This document shows positions 18,392 to 28,022 of a stretch of DNA of 64,000 nucleotides, piece by piece (within the stretch, counting starts at the first letter, position 1; the number at the start of each line of letters is the position of its first letter). The position numbers and the translations under genes were made by a program. A model generated the notes under the pieces. It made no database searches. It was not told where the DNA came from and was given only the letters and a program-made list of their open reading frames with translations. The DNA is taken from positions 1,064 to 65,063 of the forward strand of contig JBAZTV010000003.1 in NCBI GenBank assembly GCA_041661765.1. The letters run 5' to 3'. The DNA comes from Candidatus Shapirobacteria bacterium (GTDB lineage: Bacteria > Patescibacteriota > Microgenomatia > UBA12405).

Positions 18392-18681
18392 CCAAAAACC
18401 AACCAACCGCAATTGGCGATCAACTATTTAAATTTAAAGAAACTTTAGATCAGCGTAAAAAATATATCAAGAATGAATTTCAATCATACGGTCTTGAACT
18501 AGCCAAAGAATTAGGTGACTGGAAAAATCGTTCTCTTTATATTCGTTTATCCAAAACCATGGATCGTCAAATTTTAGAAACAGCCAGATATTTTGTCAAA
18601 GACCAAAACCCAGGTGCCATTAAAACTCCATATAAGCTCTTTATGTGGAAACTTCGCCAGATTAAAGAAAGTAAATTATAG
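18388..18681 (+). CDS. Small conserved hypothetical protein
   Basis: 97 aa, coupled start; EFQSYG.ELA.EL, LYIRL, LFMWKL. Confidence 0.75.
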   Translation: MTKNQPTAIGDQLFKFKETLDQRKKYIKNEFQSYGLELAKELGDWKNRSLYIRLSKTMDRQILETARYFVKDQNPGAIKTPYKLFMWKLRQIKESKL

Positions 18682-18695
18682 TATAATTCCAATAT

Positions 18696-19736
18696 ATGTC
18701 TTTTTTTAAAAAAAATTTTAAGAAAATAATTATTATTACTGTAATTTTACTTATAATTACAGGTGTAACTATTAAAGTCAGATCAACCGGAAACAAAGCT
18801 CAAACTTTCGATATTAAAAAAGAAACCACCATTTCTCCGACTAGACAAAACATAAAAGAAGAAATTACCCTAACAGGATCTATCGATGCCACCTCCAAAG
18901 CCAATCTTCAATTTCAAACAAGCGGACAACTTGCTTGGATTGGAGTTAAAGTAGGGGATAAAGTAAAAAAATATCAAGCCATCGCTAGCCTAAATAAAGA
19001 AGTACTAAAAAAACAGCTTCAATCCGATTTTAATAATTACAAAACAGCTGCTTCTAATTTTTACGATAAAGCCGATGAATATAAAGACTCCGCTCTCACT
19101 ACCGAAGTTAGAAGAATTCTTGAACGCAATCAAAATACTTTAGATAATTCTGTCATCAATTACGAACTTCAAGATTTAGCTATTAAATACGCCACCTTAG
19201 TTTCACCTATTGCTGGTGTAGTCGTTGATATCGAGCAGCCAAATAGTGGTGTTAATATCACTCCCAGTAGTGCTTCTTTCGTCATTATCGATCCAAACAG
19301 TCTTTATTTCAGATCAAAAATTGATCAAGAAGATGTTTCAAAAATAAAAGTTGGAGATAAAACAACTATTAAATTAGACAGTTTTCCAGAAAAAACATTT
19401 GAATCAGAAATAGAATATATTGCTTTTACCCCAATTACTGGAGAATCAAATACTATATATGAAGTTAGATTTAAGTTTCCAAAAGAAAACGACAATCTTC
19501 AATATCGTCTTGGTATGGATGGAGATGCTGTTATTTCTCTAAGAGAAGTTGAAAATGCTTTAACTATTCCGATAGAATCACTCCATCAAGAAAATGACCA
19601 GATCTACGTCTTTGTAAAAGAAAATAATAATACTAATATGTCTAAAAAATACGTTAAAACTGGTATTGAAACTGATACTTTTGTTGAAATTTTAGAAGGA
19701 CTTTCCGAAAATGACCAAATCGTCATCTCTAAATAA
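18696..19736 (+). CDS. MacA-like membrane fusion / periplasmic adaptor
   Basis: N-terminal TM, VKVGDKVKK, SPIAGVV, GMDG, EILEGL. Confidence 0.9.
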   Translation: MSFFKKNFKKIIIITVILLIITGVTIKVRSTGNKAQTFDIKKETTISPTRQNIKEEITLTGSIDATSKANLQFQTSGQLAWIGVKVGDKVKKYQAIASLNKEVLKKQLQSDFNNYKTAASNFYDKADEYKDSALTTEVRRILERNQNTLDNSVINYELQDLAIKYATLVSPIAGVVVDIEQPNSGVNITPSSASFVIIDPNSLYFRSKIDQEDVSKIKVGDKTTIKLDSFPEKTFESEIEYIAFTPITGESNTIYEVRFKFPKENDNLQYRLGMDGDAVISLREVENALTIPIESLHQENDQIYVFVKENNNTNMSKKYVKTGIETDTFVEILEGLSENDQIVISK

Positions 19737-20406
19737 TTCTAAAACCATTTTGGAATTAAAAAATGTTTTTAAAACTTATTTTTCTAATGAAGATCTTTTT
19801 TATGCCCTTAAAAATGTTTCTTTTAAAATTAACGAAGGTGATTTTATTTCTATTACCGGTCCATCTGGATCCGGAAAATCAACCCTAATGCACATTATCG
19901 GTTTATTAGACAACCCCACTTCTGGTGAAGTTCTTTTAAATAGAAAAAATATTTCTCAACTTCCCGAAAAAAAATTAGCCCAAATCAGAAACGTTACTCT
20001 TGGTTTTGTTTTTCAACAATTTAATTTATTAGCTAAAACTTCATCTTTAGAAAATGTTATTTTACCTTTGGTTTATTCCGATGTACCCCAAAAAGACAGA
20101 AATCAAATGGGTATAAAAATGCTAACCAAAGTTGGCCTTCAAGATAAATTTAAAAACACTCCAAATCAACTCTCTGGTGGTCAACAACAACGTGTGGCTA
20201 TTGCCAGAGCATTAATAAATAATCCTCAAATAATTTTAGCCGACGAACCAACTGGAAATCTCGACAGTAAATCTGGTGCCGCCATCATGAAATTTCTCCA
20301 CCAATTAAACAAAGAGGGGAAAACTATTGTTTTTGTCACTCATGACTCAGACCTTGCTAAACAAGCTAAAAAAATTATTATTATTAAAGACGGTCAAATA
20401 ATTTAA
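19711..20406 (+). CDS. ABC transporter ATP-binding protein (MacB/LolD type)
   Basis: GPSGSGKST, LSGGQQQRVAIARA, ADEPTGNLD. Confidence 0.95.
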   Translation: MTKSSSLNNSKTILELKNVFKTYFSNEDLFYALKNVSFKINEGDFISITGPSGSGKSTLMHIIGLLDNPTSGEVLLNRKNISQLPEKKLAQIRNVTLGFVFQQFNLLAKTSSLENVILPLVYSDVPQKDRNQMGIKMLTKVGLQDKFKNTPNQLSGGQQQRVAIARALINNPQIILADEPTGNLDSKSGAAIMKFLHQLNKEGKTIVFVTHDSDLAKQAKKIIIIKDGQII

Positions 20407-20408
20407 TT

Positions 20409-21626
20409 ATGCTTAAACCTTCATTTAACGAATTACTTCGCTCAAGTGTCCGCTCTATTTTAAAAAATAAAAGTCGAACTATTTTAACTTCTCTTGGAAT
20501 TATTATTGGTGTCACTTCAGTAATTCTCTTAACCTCAATTGGTAATGGTCTTAAAGGTTATATCACTAAACAGTTTGATTCTTTAGGAGCAAATTCCATT
20601 TATGTTATGCCTGGAAAAGTCTTTAATGACAATGGCGGATTCAGTAATAGTGGGGGGATGATGACTACCAGTTTCACTCAAAAAGATATTAGTTCGTTAA
20701 AAAGAGAAATAAAAGATGTCGAAATTATTCCTGTTAATGCTGTATTTACTGACATTAGCTCGTCTCAAGCAACTAAAAAATCAATCGAAATAGATGGTGC
20801 TACTGAAGGTTTTGGTAAAGCCACTAATCTTATCCCTTCCAATGAAAATGGTCGTTGGTTTACAAAAGAAGAAGAAGAAAAAAATACCCCTGTTATTGTT
20901 TTAGGGTACAAATTAGCCCAAGATCTTTTTCCCAAATCTAGTGCTCTAGGTAAAAAAGTAATAGTTAAAGGTAAAAATCTTAAAGTTATTGGTATTGTTG
21001 ATAAAAAAGGTGCATCAATGGGTGGACCAAGTATAGATGATCAAGCATACGTTCCTTTATCTATTGCTTTTAATTTTTCTGGAAATGAAAATATAAATAC
21101 TATTTTGGTTAAAACAATCAATAAAGAGGTAATTGAAAAAACAAAAAAAGATATTACTAAAGTTATGTTAAAAAAATATGACTCAGATGCTTTTTCTGTT
21201 TTTGATAGTTCTCAACTTTTGAATTCAATAAATTCAATTATTAATATTCTTACTATCGGTCTTAGTGGCATCGCTGCTATTTCCCTTGTTGTCGGCGGTA
21301 TCGGCATTATGAACATAATGTTAGTTTCTGTCACCGAACGCACCAGAGAAATTGGTCTTAGAAAAGCCATTGGCGCTTCTCCAAATGCCATTTTAATTCA
21401 ATTTTTAATCGAGGCTGTTATTTTATCTTGTTTTGGTGGAATAATAGGCATTATTATTGGATTTTTAGGAACGTTAGCTATTAATCCATTTTTTCCCGCC
21501 AAAATCACCTTATCCTCTGTTCTATTAGCTTTTGGTGTTTCATCAGCTGTCGGTATCATATTTGGAGTTGCTCCAGCCAGAAAAGCCTCCAAACTTTCCC
21601 CAATCGAAGCCCTTAGATACGAATAG
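20409..21626 (+). CDS. ABC transporter permease (MacB type)
   Basis: GGIGIMNIMLVSVTERTREIGLRKAIGA; PIEALRYE. Confidence 0.95.
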   Translation: MLKPSFNELLRSSVRSILKNKSRTILTSLGIIIGVTSVILLTSIGNGLKGYITKQFDSLGANSIYVMPGKVFNDNGGFSNSGGMMTTSFTQKDISSLKREIKDVEIIPVNAVFTDISSSQATKKSIEIDGATEGFGKATNLIPSNENGRWFTKEEEEKNTPVIVLGYKLAQDLFPKSSALGKKVIVKGKNLKVIGIVDKKGASMGGPSIDDQAYVPLSIAFNFSGNENINTILVKTINKEVIEKTKKDITKVMLKKYDSDAFSVFDSSQLLNSINSIINILTIGLSGIAAISLVVGGIGIMNIMLVSVTERTREIGLRKAIGASPNAILIQFLIEAVILSCFGGIIGIIIGFLGTLAINPFFPAKITLSSVLLAFGVSSAVGIIFGVAPARKASKLSPIEALRYE

Positions 21627-21650
21627 TTTTATTTTGCTATTATTAATAAA

Positions 21651-22214
21651 GTGAAACAAAATTTACTGTTTGATTTATTGCCAACAATTATTGTTTTTTT
21701 TATAGTTTCTATTTTTTGGGTTATTTTTGGAATTTCCAATATTGAAATACTCTACCTATTAATTGGCCTAATTTTAGGACATATCTTTCTCGATCTCGAT
21801 CATGTCATTTATTGGTTTTACCGAAAACCCAACACTGACGAAAGCCGAATTATAAAAAACACTCTCGAAAAAAAAGACTTTAAGTCATTTTTTAAATTAA
21901 TAAAAGCGGCCAGAACTAGTCATGATAATTTAATTTTCCATCATTATTTCTTCCAAGTTAGTATCAATTTGATTTCATTTTTTATTTTTATTTCTTCATC
22001 AAACATTTTTTGTCTTTCTTTTCTTTTATCCATCAATTTACATCTCTTAACCGACGAAATTCGAGACTATTTACGTAATCCAAAATTTCTTCAAAATTGG
22101 CTTTTTGCAAGGGAAGAAAAACAATTGTCAATAGAATCTCTTAAAAATTATTTAATAATTTTTATTATTCTCTTCTTTATTTTCCTATTCCTTCTTGTAA
22201 AATCTAAAACATGA
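21651..22214 (+). CDS. Membrane protein, possible metal-dependent hydrolase
   Basis: Multiple TMs; LDLDH, FHH, HLLTD putative metal ligands. Confidence 0.6.
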   Translation: MKQNLLFDLLPTIIVFFIVSIFWVIFGISNIEILYLLIGLILGHIFLDLDHVIYWFYRKPNTDESRIIKNTLEKKDFKSFFKLIKAARTSHDNLIFHHYFFQVSINLISFFIFISSSNIFCLSFLLSINLHLLTDEIRDYLRNPKFLQNWLFAREEKQLSIESLKNYLIIFIILFFIFLFLLVKSKT

Positions 22215-22732
22215 TTATGTCATCACCTCAACTTTTCGATGATGCTAAAAAATTTTTATCTCAACATCAACAAGATTTATTGAGCGATGTTGAAACCGTT
22301 CTCCAAAGAATTGATTCTGTTGACAATATCCACGATTATTCTTTTTTTGTTGCTCCAATTTCCAAAGCTTACGAAGGATTTTTGAAAGATTTTTTCCTTA
22401 AAATAGGTATTATTTCTGAAAATGACTACGAAAGTGATCGTTTTAGGGTTGGTAAAACTTTAAACCCATCTCTTCGTTATAAAAGATTTTCCGTTTTTCA
22501 AAAGTTAGCCGATATTCACAATGATGGTGAAGAATTAGCCGAAGATCTCTGGACCGCCTGGAAGTTCGGTCGAAATGAAATTTTTCATTATTTTCCCAAT
22601 ACATCTCAAGATTTAACTTTAATACAAGCCCAAGAAAGAATCGATTTACTTTTAAAAACAATTATTAAAGCAGGGGAGTTTTTAGTCAAAAACAAAGAAA
22701 TTATTCGTCAATCTCAATCAACTTATTATTAA
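22211..22732 (+). CDS. HEPN-domain protein (RnlA/RNase LS C-terminal-like)
   Basis: YS..VAP..KAYEGFLK and R-x4-H motif RNEIFH. Confidence 0.7.
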   Translation: MIMSSPQLFDDAKKFLSQHQQDLLSDVETVLQRIDSVDNIHDYSFFVAPISKAYEGFLKDFFLKIGIISENDYESDRFRVGKTLNPSLRYKRFSVFQKLADIHNDGEELAEDLWTAWKFGRNEIFHYFPNTSQDLTLIQAQERIDLLLKTIIKAGEFLVKNKEIIRQSQSTYY

Positions 22733-23489
22733 AATTCAAAGGCACTGGTATTTTTTCAGCACTCCCTGGTACGTCAAAAATTAAAGTTGGACAAGCTAAT
22801 CCAGAAAGTTTCCTTCTCAACTCTGTCATAATCTCTATTTCTTTCTTTAACGGTACTATAAAATGTTCTATTCCTTCAATCTTATTGCACTGATAGATAT
22901 TGTAAGGTCTAACGCCAAGTTTAATTAGCCTAGAAAAAAGTTTTTCTAAAACTTCAAACGAATCATTTACTCCTTTTAAAAACACTGATTGAGAATATAA
23001 AATTACACCTGTCTTTCTAATTTTTTTAATAGCCAATTCAACTTTTGAATTTAATTCTTTGTAATGATTAATATGAATTGAAAGATAAATTATTTGTTTA
23101 TATTGTTGTCTTAAAATTTTTAAAAACTCCTCTGATACCAATAATGGAGCAGTAATCACCGCTCGAGTGTGAATTCTAAAAATTTTGATTTGGTCCAAAA
23201 CTTTTAATTTTTTAATTAAATAATCTAATAAATCTACCATCATCAACGGTTCACCACCCGAAAAAATCACTTCTGTAATTTCCTTATGTTGGATAATATA
23301 TTCCACAATTTTATCAATATCCTTTTTATTTAATACTTCTCTATTTTCCTCTTTTTTCCACTTCCTATAACAAAATTCACATTCCACTGGACATTTTAAA
23401 GTTAACTCAATTAAAACCCTGTTTTCATATCTCCTAATTAGGCCTTTGGTTGGGGTATATTTGTCTTCTTTAAAAAGATCCCTGGTCAT
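22701..23489 (-). CDS. KamA/EpmB-family radical SAM lysine 2,3-aminomutase-like protein (short)
   Basis: GLIRRYENRVL, CPVECEFC, SGGEPL, RIHTR, QSVFLKGVND, GVRPY, LSGLACP, EKIP. Confidence 0.9.
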   Translation of the reverse strand: MTRDLFKEDKYTPTKGLIRRYENRVLIELTLKCPVECEFCYRKWKKEENREVLNKKDIDKIVEYIIQHKEITEVIFSGGEPLMMVDLLDYLIKKLKVLDQIKIFRIHTRAVITAPLLVSEEFLKILRQQYKQIIYLSIHINHYKELNSKVELAIKKIRKTGVILYSQSVFLKGVNDSFEVLEKLFSRLIKLGVRPYNIYQCNKIEGIEHFIVPLKKEIEIMTELRRKLSGLACPTLIFDVPGSAEKIPVPLNFNNKLIEIDE

Positions 23490-23511
23490 GGAGATATGTT
23501 ATCATACAACC

Positions 23512-24633
23512 ATGAAAGAACTAGAGATTAATATTTCTAAAAATATTGATGCTAATATTGGATCAATCAACAGCCTCGAATTTCAAGAAAACGGAACTGA
23601 GCGTCTTAAAGGGTCATACACAAAATTAGTCAATAACAGCCAAGAAATTTTTGATCATTTAAAACAATCTATTCCCAATTTACTCGACCAAAATCCAAGC
23701 CGACTTTGCAGTCGTTATTTTGTCACCAAAAAAGGCATAGCCAATCTAACTTCTTTAATTGATGATCAAAGAATAGAAAAATTTTTACTTAAAGTCGAAG
23801 CTCAAATTCCTTTAGGTAAAATAGATCGATTAAATAACCAAGAAATTTTTTGGGTATGGGTGGGAGGTAACACTAAAAATCGAAACCTTGATCCAACTTT
23901 AGAAAAACAATTTTTAAAAGAAATCCATCAAAAATCAGAAATTCAATTAAAATCTCATATTGAACAAATCCCCAATAATTATCGTTTCGTTTTATTGGGA
24001 ACAAAAAAAAGGATAAGTCAACTTCAAACAAATGAGGTTCCAAAATTCGTTAAATTTGAAGAAATAACTAAAGATTACGCCACTCAAATTGCTAAATTAT
24101 ACAAAGACAGGATGCCTATCTATGTTGCTCCAAATGATGATCCTGAATATATTTTGAATACAGTAGCCGATAGTAATGAAACCGTCCTCTTGGTTGGAAT
24201 TAATACTCAAACCAATCAAATAGAAGCCGTCATGGCTAATGAATTTACTCAATATCCATTAGAAGACACTACTATCAACATTTGTGAATCAAATGATTGG
24301 ATTAAAAAAAGAGGTAGTGAAATACCAAAAGAAGTTTTATATACGGTTCTAAATATTGGTATGATTAATGCTATTAATCATCAAATCGACGGTATTGAAG
24401 TTGAATGTGTACCAGAAAGTATTAAACTTGCCAAAGAAGTTGGTGGTTTTGAAGCCACTAAATATTTTTTAAAACGAACCTCTTTTATGGTTACCGATGG
24501 TAAAAATATTGAAGCCAATGACACTACTATTCCTCCAGAATATAGAAAATTTAATTCACTTTTTTTATTCTATATCACTCCACCAACTCAATCTTGGCAA
24601 TTTTGGAAAGAATTAAGTCAAAAAACCACTTAA
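23512..24633 (+). CDS. Hypothetical protein, probable divergent AblB-like GNAT acetyltransferase
   Basis: C-terminal half resembles beta-lysine N-acetyltransferase by eye (LY..RMP.Y.AP.DDPEYI..T; NICESND; FNSLFLFY); start ATG 23512 after TGTTATCAT. Confidence 0.55.
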   Translation: MKELEINISKNIDANIGSINSLEFQENGTERLKGSYTKLVNNSQEIFDHLKQSIPNLLDQNPSRLCSRYFVTKKGIANLTSLIDDQRIEKFLLKVEAQIPLGKIDRLNNQEIFWVWVGGNTKNRNLDPTLEKQFLKEIHQKSEIQLKSHIEQIPNNYRFVLLGTKKRISQLQTNEVPKFVKFEEITKDYATQIAKLYKDRMPIYVAPNDDPEYILNTVADSNETVLLVGINTQTNQIEAVMANEFTQYPLEDTTINICESNDWIKKRGSEIPKEVLYTVLNIGMINAINHQIDGIEVECVPESIKLAKEVGGFEATKYFLKRTSFMVTDGKNIEANDTTIPPEYRKFNSLFLFYITPPTQSWQFWKELSQKTT

Positions 24634-25611
24634 AAAAGAAAAAACATTCTTACCAACGTCTTCATGGTAACCACCTTCTTGAACAATTACTGTTGGGCAA
24701 TTTAAAGATTCTATTTCTTTAGCCATATTTTGGTAATAATCATTTGTTAATTTAAAATCACCCAACAAGTCTTTTTTGTAGGTATCCAATCCTAAACTTA
24801 TAACTAAATATTTCGGGCCAAAAATTTTAATTTTTTCTAGAGCTTTTTTTAAAGCTTTAGAATAATCATTATCATTAGCACCCGAAGATAAAATTATATT
24901 TAAATTTTTATTTTCACCTAAACCCACACCAATTTCATCTTCAAAACCCCAATAATAAGGAAATTTATTTCGTGGATCTGCATGAATGGAAACAGTTAAA
25001 ACATCACCTCTATCATAAAAAATATCTTGCGTTCCGTTACCATGATGATAATCAATATCCAAAACAGCTACCGTTCCTAATTTTGACAAATATTGAGCTG
25101 CAATCGCTGCATTATTTAAATAACAAAAACCTCCCATTAAAGATTTCATTGCATGATGTCCTGATGGTCTAGTCAAAGCATAAACTATTTTATTTCCATC
25201 AACTACTTTTTTTGCTGCAGTATAAGCAACAGCCGCACTAGACAAAATACTAGTAAAAATATTTTTAGAAACCGGAGTATAGATATCTAAGCTAAATCTC
25301 CCTAATTTAGGTAAAAAACTCGATAACTCACGTTTTTTATCATGCCAAAAATCAGTCGGAAAATGATATGCCTCATCAATAATTGATTTATCTAAATCTC
25401 CCAAAAAATCCACATAATCTGAATCATGGATTTCTTTAATAAATTCTGTTTCTAAATTTTCCGGACCAAATTCAACACCTATATTTTTTTTCTTTAACTC
25501 ACTTAATATATTGTCTATTCTTTTAACTTGATCAAAATGTTCCTCATTCCATAATAAAACTGGACTATATTTTTTATTTTCCAAACTGTAAATAATTGGA
25601 ATTTTATTCAT
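24613..25611 (-). CDS. Histone deacetylase family (acetylpolyamine amidohydrolase-like)
   Basis: RPSGHHA, GGFCYLNN, DIDYHHGNGTQ, SIHADP, GLD, QEGGY. Confidence 0.93.
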   Translation of the reverse strand: MNKIPIIYSLENKKYSPVLLWNEEHFDQVKRIDNILSELKKKNIGVEFGPENLETEFIKEIHDSDYVDFLGDLDKSIIDEAYHFPTDFWHDKKRELSSFLPKLGRFSLDIYTPVSKNIFTSILSSAAVAYTAAKKVVDGNKIVYALTRPSGHHAMKSLMGGFCYLNNAAIAAQYLSKLGTVAVLDIDYHHGNGTQDIFYDRGDVLTVSIHADPRNKFPYYWGFEDEIGVGLGENKNLNIILSSGANDNDYSKALKKALEKIKIFGPKYLVISLGLDTYKKDLLGDFKLTNDYYQNMAKEIESLNCPTVIVQEGGYHEDVGKNVFSFLSGFLT

Positions 25612-26620
25612 TACTACTATTTAAAATAGTAATAACTCTTAAATCTTGAATACTTTTTAAGTCAGCCAAAATCATAGCCAACCTATCCATTCCAATAGCG
25701 ATTCCTGCACATTTTGGTAATTTTTGTAAAATATCTATAAAATTATAATCTGGTTCTATTTTAATCATCTTTGTTTTTTCTCTAATTTGAATATCTTCTT
25801 CAAATCTTCTTCTATGTTCCTCTATATTAGTTTTTTCAGTGGAAGCATTACCGCAATTTCCCAATTCAATTCCCTCTATGTAAAATTCTAATCTTTCAGC
25901 AATGTTTTTTTCTTTATTATATTGAGCCGTAGCTGCTAATTCTCGTGGATATTCGTAAATAAAAGTCACTAAACCATCTTTTCCTAAATTTGGCTCCACT
26001 TCAATTCCGTAAATCTGAGACCAAACATCAGTATAATCCATTCCTTCAGTTCGATAACCTTTTTCCTTTGCTTGTCCAAAAAAAATCTTATGATTAAAAA
26101 TATCAGTTATTCCGGCATATTTTTTAAAAGCCTCAGCCACAGTAATTTTTTCATAAGTATTTAAGTTTATTTTTTTACCCTGATACTCCAATTCATTTTT
26201 ATTAAACATTTTTTTGGCCATAAACCTCAACATTTCCATCACATCTTCGATAATATCGAAATAATCACCATTTACCCGATAAAATTCCAACATTGTAAAT
26301 TCATAGGAATGTTTTTTTTCGACCGGCTCATTATTTCTAAAAGATTTTCCCAAAAAATAACAATTACCAATTCCTCCAACTATTAATCTTTTTAAAAACA
26401 ATTCTGGCGACGGAATTAGATACATTTCCTGTTTATCTTTATTAAATAAATTTTTAGTTTCAAAAATTTCCAAATAAGACTCTGGTATTAGTTTAGGTGA
26501 GAGTAGGGGAGTATCGATTTCTTCAAAATCATTTTTTTGCAAAAAAACACTTGCCAATCCTTTTATTTTCAAAAAAATCTGATGGTTTTTTAAATTATCA
26601 ATTTTACATTCAATTTCCAT
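25604..26620 (-). CDS. epmA: EF-P beta-lysine ligase (EpmA/GenX, truncated LysRS paralog)
   Basis: SPELFLKRL, KSFRNNE, HSYEFTMLEFY, ERLEFY..GIELGN, CAGIAIGMDRL; no anticodon-binding domain. Confidence 0.88.
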   Translation of the reverse strand: MEIECKIDNLKNHQIFLKIKGLASVFLQKNDFEEIDTPLLSPKLIPESYLEIFETKNLFNKDKQEMYLIPSPELFLKRLIVGGIGNCYFLGKSFRNNEPVEKKHSYEFTMLEFYRVNGDYFDIIEDVMEMLRFMAKKMFNKNELEYQGKKINLNTYEKITVAEAFKKYAGITDIFNHKIFFGQAKEKGYRTEGMDYTDVWSQIYGIEVEPNLGKDGLVTFIYEYPRELAATAQYNKEKNIAERLEFYIEGIELGNCGNASTEKTNIEEHRRRFEEDIQIREKTKMIKIEPDYNFIDILQKLPKCAGIAIGMDRLAMILADLKSIQDLRVITILNSSNE

Positions 26621-26682
26621 AGGACCTATTATATCAATCTTATTATTATTGACATAAACATTAAATCTAGTAATATAAAGAC

Positions 26683-26874
26683 ATGATAAAAATTAATCTC
26701 GATCAAAATAAATGTATTGGTTGTAATACCTGTGTTTTAATGGATCCAGAAACTTTTGAAATGGATACCACTATATACAAGGCCAAAGTTAAAAAACAGC
26801 CAGAAATTATTACTGACAATATCAAGTCCGCTGTTGAGGCTTGTCCTGTCAGTGCCATTACTATCGAACAATAA
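26683..26874 (+). CDS. Ferredoxin
   Basis: CIGCNTC ... EACPVSAI. Confidence 0.92.
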   Translation: MIKINLDQNKCIGCNTCVLMDPETFEMDTTIYKAKVKKQPEIITDNIKSAVEACPVSAITIEQ

Positions 26875-26895
26875 ATTAATAATTTATAAAAAAAT

Positions 26896-27963
26896 ATGGT
26901 CAAAATCAAAAAATCAATTAAAGAAAATAGTTCTCCAAAAACTATAAAAGAATTAAATAAAATTTATATAAAAGTCCCTCTAATTGGGGTTATTCTGTTT
27001 CTACTACTATTAGTTGCTGCTTCTTTCGCTGCCGGATTCTCTTTAATGAAAATCAAAAATGGAGACAATCCATCAACAGTTACCGATACAAAATTAACCT
27101 CTGGTAATGTTTTTGATGCAGATAATACTGATAAACCAGAATTAGATTTTTATGTTATGAGTTTTTGCCCATACGGTAATCAAATGGAAACTACCCTTCG
27201 CCCTGTCTTTGACCTTCTTGGCGACAAAGTCACCATTAAGCCTCGTTATATTTTTGAAAAAATAGAAGGCGATTTAACTACCTACTGTAAAAACAGTAGT
27301 CCAGACGCAACCAATTGCGCTACTTATGTCAAAAATAGTAATGGTCAACTCAAAGATGTTGATGATTGTAAAAACCAAATTGCCGCTATGGTTAAAACCT
27401 GCAATAATGAAAGTCAATATTTAAAAATAGGTAATAACCTTTATTCATCCCTGCATGGTCGAGTTGAGGCAAATCAAGATGTTCGAGAACTTTGTGCCTA
27501 CAATTTAGCTGATAATAAAAAACTTTGGTGGGATTTTGTTAAAAACGTCAATGATAACTGCACAGTACAAAACGCTGATACTTGTTGGGAAGAGCAAGCC
27601 ACTAAAGCTGGTCTCGATGCCAATAAAATTACTGAGTGTTTCAACAAAGATGCTGCTAATTTAATTGAAGCAGAAATTGCTGATACTACTAAAAATAAAA
27701 TTTCTGGATCTCCAACTTTAATGATAGCTGACAAAGCTTTTCCTCCAACAATTGACAGTGCTTCAACTGACCAAAACATCAAAATTGGAAAAGAAGTTTT
27801 TACTTTAGCCAATACTCGCACTTCAAATGTGATTAAAGCTGCTCTTTGCACTGGTTTCAAAAATCAACCAAAAGAATGTAAGACTAAAATAGAAGAAGCA
27901 GTTGCTGCCAATGGCCAACCTGCTGCTGCAGTCGCTGCTGGCGGTGGTTGCGCCGCTCAATAG
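26896..27963 (+). CDS. Membrane-anchored thioredoxin/DsbA-like protein
   Basis: TM anchor, FYVMSFCPYG, ISGSPT cis-Pro loop, many Cys. Confidence 0.7.
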   Translation: MVKIKKSIKENSSPKTIKELNKIYIKVPLIGVILFLLLLVAASFAAGFSLMKIKNGDNPSTVTDTKLTSGNVFDADNTDKPELDFYVMSFCPYGNQMETTLRPVFDLLGDKVTIKPRYIFEKIEGDLTTYCKNSSPDATNCATYVKNSNGQLKDVDDCKNQIAAMVKTCNNESQYLKIGNNLYSSLHGRVEANQDVRELCAYNLADNKKLWWDFVKNVNDNCTVQNADTCWEEQATKAGLDANKITECFNKDAANLIEAEIADTTKNKISGSPTLMIADKAFPPTIDSASTDQNIKIGKEVFTLANTRTSNVIKAALCTGFKNQPKECKTKIEEAVAANGQPAAAVAAGGGCAAQ

Positions 27964-27976
27964 TTTTTTGCAATTT

Positions 27977-28007
27977 AAAAACCCTCCGAAATTTCGGAGG
28001 GTTTTTT
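27977..28007. terminator. Intrinsic terminator (bidirectional form)
   Basis: AAAAACCCTCCGAAATTTCGGAGGGTTTTTT. Confidence 0.85.
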
Positions 28008-28022
28008 GGTTATAATCTACCT

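Noticed and set aside
25604-26620. Canonical lysyl-tRNA synthetase
   Set aside because: Lacks the anticodon-binding domain and has EpmA-type SPE/EFTMLE motifs near a KamA gene
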